The notes under the pieces were generated by a model, which did no database searches, was not told the origin of the DNA, and was given only the letters and a program-made list of their open reading frames with translations. A stretch of 46,939 bases of DNA from Prorocentrum cordatum (Eukaryota): the NCBI GenBank assembly GCA_963575745.1, contig CAUYUJ010000170.1, forward strand, positions 620,001 to 666,939, given 5' to 3'. Both the position numbers and the translations under genes were made by a program. This document shows, piece by piece, positions 37,601 through 46,939 of the stretch (position 1 is the first letter of the stretch; each line of letters starts with the position of its first letter).

Positions 37601-38700
37601 TCCCACTTCGTTTTGAGGCCTCAGAAGCGTCTCTGGGGACCCCCTGGGCGTGCCTAAGACGGCCCAATAAGGCGCCCAAAGGGCGGCCAGACGGCCCAAG
37701 ATGGGTCCGAGAGGCTGTCAGGACAGTCGTAGAGAGCATGCCTGGGTTCTAATATGGCCGCAAGAGCCAGCGGAGATGCACGTGAGATCCGAGAGAGGCG
37801 CAATGAGAAGTGCGAGAAGGCCAAAATCATCACCTATGTGTTTTACGATGTTTTTTTGGCTTGTTGGGGTGTTCTGGTGTATGTGGTTCGACAAGAACTG
37901 GACAAGCATTTGAAACGGCTCAAACTGGCCTGAAGGAGGGGAAAAATGCGCCCAGGAGAGCCTCAGGAGGCCCGAAAAGCCAGCCCAGTGGGCCCCTGGA
38001 GAGGTCTCTAAGAGCGCCTGGCGGCGCCTGGAAGTCTAGCACGTGAAAGGGGGGTCGTCTTGGGACGGAAAAGGCGGCCAGAAGGCGCCCCGGCCGCAGC
38101 CGCGGCCCCCGGGCCAGCGGAATGAGCGAGGCGCGGGCTGGAGTATAGGCGGGGGCTCATAGGCATGGATAGGTATGAAAAGCGCGTTAGAGGGAAGATT
38201 TACGCAAAGCATTCTTGAAGACCATGCTGTGGATCTCACACGCCGATGCCGCAAATGCAGTTATTTCATCGCTTTGTTCATTCCTGGGGGCCTTTGGGAG
38301 GCAGTTTTGAGGCCTCTTGGGGGCCGTGTTGGGGCCTCTTGGAGCCTTTTGGGGGTCTCTTGGGGCTTCTTGGAATGCCTCTTGGGGGCCCCTTGGGGCC
38401 TCTTGGGGGCCTCTTGGGGCCTCCTCGGGGCCTCTTGGGGCTGAAGGCTGGACTTTTTGGTTCCTGGTCCCCGTCTTGGGCCCTTCTTGGGCCGTTTTTG
38501 GGCCCTCTTGGGCTATCTTGGGCGCTTCTTCGACTGTCTTGGGGCCATCTTGGGCCGTCTTGGGGCCCTTTTGGAGGCTTCTTGGGCCGTCTTGGGGCGG
38601 TCTTGGGAACTTTTTGGGCCGTCTTGGAGCGTTGGAAAGCCGACAAGGCGAGCAGGCCAGCAACTTCGAAAAACCATAGGGAAATTCATGGGAGTGCTTG
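31730..38700. repeat. Cluster of GGCCTCTTGG/CCAAGAGGCC-family dispersed repeats in both orientations, interleaved with (TA)n, (CT)n and (CA)n
   Basis: Copies at about 31830-32280 (+), 32990-33210, 33880-34330 (-), 34760-35100, 36170-36640, 37430-37720 and 38280-38640 (+). Confidence 0.8.
36860..37320 (+). repeat. Degenerate 70-90-bp minisatellite (CACGATCCGCGTGA...GGAGCTCCCTCTGGG); further copies at 42741-42910; similar-style array at 4740-4975
   Basis: Cores near 36865, 36949, 37037, 37127, 37200 and 37288. Confidence 0.75.
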
Positions 38701-38720
38701 CGCGGTGTTGTCTTGTCTGA

Positions 38721-41700
38721 TCCGTCTCGTTTCCCGCTCAAGTGCATGAGCTTGGGCCAAGCCATGGCCCCGGGCGCCACCGCCGCGCTGGCGGTGAGCG
38801 CCGCGGTGGGCGCACCTGCGGCCTGGGCGGGGGTTCGGCTGGCGGGTGGTTGGCTGGCGGCGGTAGTCGCGGCCTCGACCACCTGCCCAGCTTGCGTCTG
38901 CCACGCGCCCGCGTGGCCACCCTCGCCGCCGCCCCCGCCGGGACTTTGGGCGGCGGCAGAGGCGGCGGCGGTCGCGCAGGAGCTGCGGCCGTGGCTGGCC
39001 AACTCCTCGCCCGCGGCTGCGGTCTGCCCCTCGGCGGAGGCGGTGGCCGTGGAGCTGAGGGACAGGCTGCCGCTCGCAGCCTGGCCCGCGGGGCCCCCGC
39101 CGACGGCGGTGCCGCCCGTGGCTGGCCCAGCCTTCTGGGCGGAGCGGACCTCGGTCATCGCTTTGGTCTGGAACTTTGCGACGGGCGAGCTCGTCTTGCT
39201 GATTGGCTGCTGCGTCGTCGCCCGAGCCCGGCGCCATGCTGGCTCTGCCGCGGCGGCGGAGGCGCGGGGCGACCGCGCTCTGGCCGAACGGATCCGTCGC
39301 CGAGGTGGCGGAATGGTCCGCTGAGCTCCGCCCGGATTGCGTCTTGGGCTGTGGTGCCCGCGGGGCAAGGTATGGCTTGAAAGGCGTTGTTGTATCCCGC
39401 GGGAGGAACGTATTGGTGGATCCAGACCCCCGACATGGACACCTATGTGGAGGACGTCACGGGGGTGGTCGGCGACGGCTGCAGCAGGGCCTTCGCGTGC
39501 AGCCCCGACGGGGTGGCCCCTGGAGTCGCTCGCGGAGCCTTCTACAGGTTTGCAGAGCCCGTGCCGCCGCCGCGCTTCCGCGCCCTGGTGCTGAAGGCTC
39601 AGAGCTCACAGCTGGAGCAAGCGGCGGAGGGGGGCGCGGCCGACCCGGCGCAGTTCTACAGCTGGGACGGGGAGCTGCACCCCTTCTCGGACCTCCGCCG
39701 CCGCCTGCAGCTGCGAGGCGTCCCCAGCGAAGTCGGTGGCACGGCGACGCCGCCTGCGGCCGCCCCGCCGGTGGACGCGGGCGCGGCCGCGGACTTGGGG
39801 CCGCCCGAGGGCTGCGCCTGGATCGTGGCCTCGGCTGGGCCGCTGGCCGGTGGGCGGCGCGCGGCTCGACGCGCCCCGCGCGATGCTGCGCGAGGGGGCC
39901 AGCTGGCAGACTGCCGAGGCCGTGCGCGTCGATCGGGTGGACTCGTTCAGGGAGCGGCGACCGTTGGAGCTGATCGAGATCCTGGAGGGCGACCTGGGCG
40001 GAGGCCGCCGTGCGGCCGCTGGAGCTGGGGCTGAGGCAGGCGCGCCTCGGTCTGCCGTTGAGGATCCCGACCAGGAGGCCGCTGGCGAGAAGGATCTTCG
40101 CGATCGGCTTGGGGTGCCACCGCCTGAGGGCCGCCCTGGGCCTGGTGCAGGCGAGGGCGCGCGCCCTCTGGGTGCAGCATGACGAGCACGGCGAGCGCCG
40201 CAAGCCTTGGATAGGGCGTCGCCCGCGATGTCCAGCGCTACTCGTTCAAAGACTGGCCCCATCGAGGATGGCCTCTCGACAGTGAAGCGCGTGATCAAGA
40301 AGTGGGAGCAGAGTGGGGGCTCTCCCTCGCTGTGACTGGATCTCTGTGCCCGCGACCGGACAAGCTTCGAGGCGAGTTGTTTGCTGACTTCGATCTACTA
40401 CGCGGGAAGCTACGACCAGCTCAACTTGACCAGCATGGCCAGCGTGGAAGTGCTTTGCCGCAGGGTGTCGCAGATCGTGGAGGCCCATTCGGGAGACCCC
40501 ACCACGCCTCGGAAGGGGGGCGGGCTGCGGCACTACATGGGAGTGGCAGGCCAAATTGGCGTGATCGTTCCAGCCCAGCGGGCGGCAGTCTTCCGCAGGA
40601 GCAGTGAGGAGATGGAGCTGGAGAGCTGGAAGAGCCGCGCAGAGGGGTGTCCCCGCCGAGCCCTCTGGCGCTGGAGGCGGGCGAGGGCCTGCCTACTGGC
40701 GGCGGCGCTGGCGGGGCCGACGGCCGCGGCCGCGGGCGCCGCGGCGGGCGAGGCGGAGAAGCGCGCGGCGGCGGGCGAGGCGACGCGGCAGGAGCGGTAG
40801 GGCGCGGCGGCGGCGGGCGCGGTGGCAAGCCCACCGCGCCCGAGGGATGATGACTCCTTCCGCCGGCGGGGGTGGGCGTCCCGCCGGTAGCGCTCAGCCC
40901 GATCGAGAAGTCGGGGTGGACCTGCTGTCGCTGTTTCCCCCGCCGAGGCTGAGCGATCCAGGTTTCAGCGGAGCGCAGTTCCAGGGCCGCGGGGCTGCGC
41001 GGCTCGCCGGGCGGGCCCGCCGCGATTTCAACGAGGTCGCGGGCGCCTTGATTGGCCAACCGAGAAGCCGCGGGCACGTTGCCGAATTTTGATCAGATGA
41101 GGGTGCGCGCGTGGATCCTTGACTGCGCGGTCGAGAGCATGCCGCCCTTGGAGACCGCGACCCCCTCGCCGCGAGCAGCCTTCGCGGAGCTGCTGCGCGG
41201 CCGCAGTGTCCGCGACGAGTCGGCCGGGCGGAATGTCGGACGTCTTCGCGACGCGGGGCAGATCCGCGGGGGGAGGGCCACGGCCGTCGGAGATCGCACT
41301 TGCCAGCGCGCGCAATTTACTTGACGGGTTGTCTCGGATGCTTCTTGATGAGGAAGCGCTCCGTTCTCGAGTTGATAGTTGTGGCGCCATCTCGCATCGG
41401 GGCCCCACTCTGGCGCGCAACCGCAGACTGCGCGCGCGCCTCGTGAAGCTGCTCTACTCGAGGGGCATGATATTGTACTCGGACGAGACCGAGCGCCTCG
41501 AGGAGATGGGCCTCTTCTTCGCTGCCAAGGAGAGCAGCCGGCTGCGTCTCACCATAGAAGCCAGGAAGAGCTACCTCCACTTCACACTCCCGCCTGGGGC
41601 GTCGCTGGTGGCCGCCGGGGGCCTGGCCCGCATCGAGGTCGAAATCCCAGAGGCCGCGGCGGGCTTGCCTCCCGACGTGGGGCTCGCGCTGGGGACCTCC

Positions 41701-42648
41701 GACATCGGCGACGCTTTCCGCCCATTTCGGATCGGCGGGGAGCTCTCTCTGGCTTCGCCTGCCTGCGGAGCGTCCTGGCGAGCGAGGTCGGCCTTGGGGG
41801 CTCGACCCTTGACGGCCACCTCGTGGCGCCCGATCGCCGCCCGGTGCCAGTTTGCGCCGCGCTTCCGATGGGCTTCGCCTGGTCGTTTTATTTCTGCCGG
41901 GAGCTCGGTGGGGCCGCGATTTGCTCGACCCCAGAGCTCAGCCAGCTGCACCGCGTGAGCGACCGAGGGCCCGCGACCGCGCTGTGGCCAGCCGCGGCGC
42001 CCAGTGCACTTACGTGGACAACCTGGGCGCGTTGGGCTTCGGACGCGAAGCGGTTGCCTTCTGCCTGTCCGCCGCCGCGGAGCGCTTCGATTCTGCTGGT
42101 TTTTGCGCGCGCGAGACGGAGATCCAGTCGGGCCGCGGCGAGACGCTGGGGCGCGTGCTGGACGGCGACGCCCTTGCCACCGGGCTCGCCGCCAAGCGCT
42201 ACAGGCAGGTTCGCCAGGGACTCAGCTGGGCGCTGGGCTGCAGAGCGCTGCCTGGATGGGTGTGGGAGGTCGCCCTCGGCCATTAACCTACTGCACCATG
42301 TGCAACCGCGACCTCCTGCCGACGTTCAACGCGACGTGCAAGTTCATCGCGGCGAATTACCGGCAGGGCGATCCTCTGTGGCCCACCGCCCGCGCGGAGC
42401 TCGTGGTCTTCAGGGGCATGATGCCGCTGCTGCTCGGAGACTGGGCGCTGTCGCGTTGCCCGCTGATCTACCTCTCCGACGCGTCGGAGCACGGCCGCGC
42501 CGTGAGCGCCTCGCTGTTCGAACAGAGCGCTGTTGAGGAAATCGGGCGCGTGCAGGAGCGCTCTCGCTTCCGGCGCCCCGGCGGCCGCTCGGCCAGGGCG
42601 CGCTCCTTCGCGACGAACGGCGTCGTGGTGACCAGGGGGGGGCGCTGA
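38721..42648 (+). mobile_element. Decayed DIRS-like (tyrosine-recombinase class) retrotransposon fragment: small ORF, gag-like, RT, start of RNase H
   Basis: Gag-like pieces WIQTPDMDTYVEDV and YAGSYDQLNLTSMASVEVLCRRVSQIVEAH. RT motifs GLFFAAK...LRL, SDIGDAF (41698), LPMGFAWS (41862), YVDNLG (42011). RNase H start YLSDASEHG (about 42470). Many frameshifts; no recombinase or terminal repeats seen. Confidence 0.75.
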
Positions 42649-43201
42649 AGCCAGTGTCCAGGGGTCCCCAGGGGCATACTGTTAACCTGTTGCCGGAGAC
42701 CTTAGCACGCCTCTGGCCCGTTGTGCCGGCAAATTTGCGAGGCACGATCCGCGTGAGGGGCGTGCTACTATGCGAGCCTTGCCTCTGGGGACGTAGGTGT
42801 AGCTCCGTATGGGGCGCGCTCCCTGTGAGAGGTGTGCCGAGAAGGACGGAGGAGCGCTAGCCAAGCCTGTCTTTGGGGCCACAGGCGGAGCTCCCTGAGG
42901 GCACGAGCTCTGCGACAATATATGTCTTCCAACACCGCACACTTCAGACTACAACTAGAGCTTGCCAGAACCTAAGGCGCGTGGTTCTAGTTGGTGTGTG
43001 TATATATATATATATACACATCTATATACACATATCCACATACGAAATGGGAGGAGATTTGGCAAAGGGGGGGTACGAAGTCTGCTGCATTTGGCTGCGC
43101 GGGACACTTTCTCCGATACAGGGCCGCCTATGGCTCCAGGAAGCGTCAGGGAAACCAGCTGCATGGGCCGATTCAGGGGCAGCGTTCGGCGGAGATTGGC
43201 T

Positions 43202-43275
<74 letters not shown>

Positions 43276-43580
43276 CATCGGTCCTGATCGCCCATTTATC
43301 GTCGATAGGGGCCCGATAGCCCCGCCTTGCCCCCCCCCCCACCCTCCCTGTGTGTATATGTGCCCTCTCTTATCCACCTCCTCTCCTCATCCGCTGACCT
43401 TTCGGTCCAGGTGTTGACGTGCGAGTAGCTTCTGTTTGCGAGAGGAGAACCATCTGTCGCCTCTATCCTACAGATCCTTGGCAGGGCTCGCTCTCTGATT
43501 CTTCTCTCCCTTGAGGCGGCCAGGGTGTCTGAACCGCATGGGCACCGAGAAGTTCGGGCAAGAGGGCGGGGAGAAGGGCT

Positions 43581-43617
43581 CCGTAGCGATATTTGGCTCA
43601 AGCCAGTCTGGCTCTGG
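43581..43617 (+). other. Tandem dinoflagellate spliced-leader relicts
   Basis: CCGTAGCGATATTTGGCTCAAG (DinoSL CCGTAGCCATTTTGGCTCAAG with one substitution and one insertion), followed by CCAGTCTGGCTCTGG (11/15 to CCATTTTGGCTCAAG). Confidence 0.88.
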
Positions 43618-43685
43618 CCCCTCTCTTGCGAAGCGCTGTTGCCCAGCGCTGGCCCCGAGCCCCCTGCATGGGGCCAGCAGACAGC

Positions 43686-44816
43686 ATGCGGGCCGTGGCC
43701 TTTGCGGTCGCCTGCGCCTGGCGTGCCCGGGCAGGCCCTCCGACGGAAACAGTCATGGTCACGGCGCCCATGGCTTCGGGCGGCTCGGAGATCGACATGA
43801 CCGTTTGGCAAACAGCATTCACATCGTCCACTTCGAAGACCCACGATTCCCATGCGCACGTGAACGGGCATCTGGTCAAGGTCTCCAACCCCCTCGGCCG
43901 CGTGGCGGTGGTGCCCCCGCTTCCAGGCGGATGCGGGACGATTGCCTACGTGCCGGACACGGCGGCGTTGTACAATCCCAGCTGCATCTTGGCCACGGAC
44001 GCTGGTTACTATAATTTGATCGACACGTTCCAATGTATTGGCAACGTTGTAAGTGATGGCGAGATCCATTACACTGAGCCCATGAATACCACCAACGTGA
44101 ATTTCGGAGTCCTCAAGAACGGTAGCTTCGTCATTGGTTACATTTCGCCAGAGACCGTAGAGACTGGGATTTTCGAGCACTTGGTGGGTGGACTGGGCTG
44201 GATCGTGCGTAACGGATTAAACAACGTGGATGCCGGGTGGGAGGAGGCCTATACCGCTGCGGGCTCGAGCGGGGACGAGTATAAAGAAATGACCTCCGGG
44301 CGAACCACTATCGGTTGGGACAAGAATGGTGGGCTCATCCTCCTCCAGTATGATGGTCACACGGGCGCCCCGTCTTGGGGCGCGACAATGAATGAGTTGG
44401 CCGACAAGATGATCAGCTTCGGTGCCGTCGAGGCGATCAATCTAGACGGCGGCGGCAGCACCCAGATGTGGAAGAACGGCGTGCAGATTGGCTACAGCTC
44501 AGATCGCGCCACTTACGGGGTGTTAGCCGGGACTTACGAGCCAGGTTGCCCCATCGGCGAGGGAAAGGGCAATCTCAGTGCCTTCGAGTGCGCGCGCAAG
44601 GTCAGCACCATCATCTGCATCCACGAGGCCAATAGCGGCGTCACGTCGTTCCTCGCATCCCCGAGAACGCAGGCGGGGTCGCCGGTCTCGGCTCTGTCGC
44701 TCGGATTCCTGGTCGTCGGATTGTGCTTGGGCGCCGCCGTCGGCGCGGTCGCCTCGAAAATGTGGAGCAAGAAAGAAGGTAAAGGCGCCGATCTGAACGG
44801 GGACGACTCAGAGTGA
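43686..44816 (+). CDS. NAGPA: Phosphodiester glycosidase, NAGPA/uncovering-enzyme-like; type I membrane protein; intronless retrogene
   Basis: Signal-like start MRAVAFAVACA (alternative ATG at 43668). Motifs CIGNVVSDG, NVNFG, LVGGLGWIVRNG, SGRTTIG, YDG, AINLDGGGST, CARKVSTIICIHE. C-terminal TM LGFLVVGLCLGAAVGAVA with a short tail. No stops. Confidence 0.9.
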   Translation: MRAVAFAVACAWRARAGPPTETVMVTAPMASGGSEIDMTVWQTAFTSSTSKTHDSHAHVNGHLVKVSNPLGRVAVVPPLPGGCGTIAYVPDTAALYNPSCILATDAGYYNLIDTFQCIGNVVSDGEIHYTEPMNTTNVNFGVLKNGSFVIGYISPETVETGIFEHLVGGLGWIVRNGLNNVDAGWEEAYTAAGSSGDEYKEMTSGRTTIGWDKNGGLILLQYDGHTGAPSWGATMNELADKMISFGAVEAINLDGGGSTQMWKNGVQIGYSSDRATYGVLAGTYEPGCPIGEGKGNLSAFECARKVSTIICIHEANSGVTSFLASPRTQAGSPVSALSLGFLVVGLCLGAAVGAVASKMWSKKEGKGADLNGDDSE

Positions 44817-45355
44817 ATCTGGGTAGCTAATTTTCTTCCCGCGCGAAGATAATGCTTCGGAGTGCGATGGGTGAGTCGACGGGCTTATAGCAGGCCTGCT
44901 CTTCAAAGGCGCAGGAGACGGCCGTTCTCTCGCTCACCCCCTCCGTATCCCAGTTTTCCATTTGCTTCTGCACCATGCTGCACCATCGCAGTTGCCTGGT
45001 TACTCCCTGCAGAGCTACTGCAGCTACCGCGTGTGGGCTATTTCTCTTAACTCAGTGCCGCCAGCCATGTTTTTTTTTTTTTCTCCGTCGACTAGCCGCT
45101 GCAAGACGAGTCGCTGCGTGCCTTCAGGCTGCCAGCCACTTAGCACGCTTGTGACTTTGAGCGCTAGTTGACCACTGGATGGGGTAACGCTGGGAAGATC
45201 ATGTCACCACCGACATTCGGCATGATAGAATTCCTCGAACTCCCCCAGCACTCCATCCTGCATTGCAATTTCGCGTCTTTGGCGCGTTGCTTCGTGCATT
45301 GCGTCCATCTGTTTGCCAGCGGCACGTCAAGGAATCCGGAAGACCTCCGAGGAAG

Positions 45356-45379
45356 AAAAAAAGAGGGGGGAGAAGGACT
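45356..45379 (+). other. Poly(A) remnant plus downstream TSD copy of the NAGPA retrocopy
   Basis: A7 followed by GAGGGGGGAGAAGGACT, matching GAGGGCGGGGAGAAGGGCT at 43562-43580 immediately before the SL. Confidence 0.7.
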
Positions 45380-46506
45380 CAAACTCCGTCCCCAGACCCT
45401 TGCCAGGGTCCATCTGGTGTAGTTTTTCCACCCTGGACTCGTGTTTGACGGTCCCCGGGCCCGGCAACGGCCCCTGGAGAGTCCGAAAAAGACAGACTGC
45501 CTTCCCGAACTCAGCGCCTCCAACCCACCCGCCCTTCTTGCTGGCCAGAACGGAGCGCCAAAAGTTTATGTTTGTGCCGTTTTTCCTTCCTCTATGTGTC
45601 AGAGCGTGAATTACCTACCCCGCTTTCGCTTCCAGGCAAAACCGAGTCATACCACGCGCCTCCTCGTCAAGCGGCCTGACCAGTCCAGGCTGCAATTTGG
45701 CGTCGTTTGGTATCTCTTGGAAGCGAGGGTGGTCAAAAGCGAGGTAGGTTTGTTTTCCCCCTACTTCTTCTATGCATTCCATCGGGCGCCCACCCTGAAC
45801 CCAGGAGCTGTGCATACGCTCCCGGCCGAGCCGGGAGGGCGCGGCGCATGCGCCGCTGCTGGGTTCCGCATGGGCCTGGCCAGGGAGCAGCGGATGCGTA
45901 AAGAGGTCGTCGCCCTTAGCTTTCGTCGCCCTCATTGCTCAGTCCCATCCACATGTCCGTCCCGCCCGAACCTGCACCTCGACCTCAACCTCCTCTCCTC
46001 CTCCTCCGAGGAGGAGGAGGAGGCAGAGAAAGAGGAGGAGTAGGAGGAGGAGGGGGAGGAGGATGAGGAGGAGGAGGAGGAGGCGGAGGAGGAGAAGGAG
46101 GAGGAGGAGGAGAAGGATGATGCTGATGATGATGATGGTGGTGGTGGTGGTGGTGGTGGTGGTGATGATGATGATGATGCTGATGATGATGAGGAGGAGG
46201 ATGAGGAGGAGTAAGAGTAGGAGTCAAGCTAGCCAGCTCGAGCGAGTCAAGCATGGCATGCCCAGTCCCACCCGCCCTCCCACAACATAAGAAGCAAAGC
46301 TGGCACAACTGGGGGCCGAAGTCACACCGGCCAGCCGGTTTGGTACAGCTGATGCGGCCGCGATGGCGGTTGCCGACGGGAACTGGCGAGCGCGTGTTGA
46401 ATGCCGCGCACGCATTGCCAGACGAGTCGAGAATGGCCCGGTACACCGCAGGAAGCCAGAGGTGGCCGGAGGAAGCCCGACGGTCTGACAGGACACCCCA
46501 AAGCAT

Positions 46507-46888
46507 TTTTGTGAAAAAGCATTGGGTTTTTGATGTTTTTATGTTGAAATGCTTGCAACCACACGGTGTTCGGTAGGATTCTGACATGAACGCGCGAGTG
46601 TGCTCTTTGTTGTATTTTTTGCACAGGATTCGCGGCCTGGGTGCATGACAGAGCATCGCGAGTGCACCGCGCGATGACGTGAAATCGCTGGATTTGACAG
46701 AATTCTTAAGATTCCTATGGTTTTCCTATGATTTCAGCAAGAGAGCCCGGGCGGGAAATTTGTACAAATTTTGTGAAAAAAAACATTGGGTTTTTGATGT
46801 TTTTATGTTGAAATGCTTGCAAACACACGGTGTTCGGTAGGATTCTGACATGAACGCGCGCGTGTGCTCTTTGTGGTATTTTTTGCAA
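46507..46888 (+). repeat. ~120-bp direct duplication, ~262 bp apart
   Basis: TTTTGTGAAAAA...CATTGGGTTTTTGATGTTTTTATGTTGAAATGCTTGCAA...TATTTTTTGCA at 46507 and 46769. Confidence 0.92.
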
Positions 46889-46939
46889 TGGACTATCGCC
46901 GTGGACGTCAGGACGTCCATGTCGAGAGGAAAAAATAAG

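Noticed and set aside
43380..43560. Faint tyrosine-recombinase C-terminus-like text (RGDRW) on the minus strand flanking the retrogene
   Set aside because: Too degenerate; no HSLR-type motif recognised.

Overview
Eukaryotic, GC-rich, microsatellite-dense DNA. It is very likely a dinoflagellate nuclear genome (inference from a near-complete DinoSL spliced-leader relict, GC/GA splice donors and the retroelement types). Most ORFs in the supplied track are spurious read-throughs of trinucleotide repeats. Supported content: (1) a full-length but inactivated ~6.75 kb non-LTR retrotransposon on the minus strand (16602-23355; ORF1 with RanBP2-like zinc finger; ORF2 with APE-RT-CCHC-RNase H). It has an A6 tail, a perfect 15-bp target-site duplication inside a (GAG/TCC)n array, and a 5' end that starts exactly with a spliced-leader-like motif. 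(2) A 5'-truncated related LINE, also abutting (TCC)n. (3) A multi-exon transmembrane RING-H2 E3 ligase gene on the plus strand; one GC-AG intron is well resolved, and the LINEs appear to lie in its introns. (4) A decayed DIRS-like gag/RT/RNase H fragment embedded in a dispersed repeat. (5) An intact, intronless NAGPA-like phosphodiester glycosidase retrogene with tandem SL relicts, a poly(A) remnant and a degenerate TSD. (6) Many satellites and dispersed repeats, plus a 100-N assembly gap. The most interesting theme is SL-like motifs at the 5' boundaries of several retroposed units, including the LINE itself, together with a possible (TCC)n target preference. All identifications are by eye; no database searches were run.
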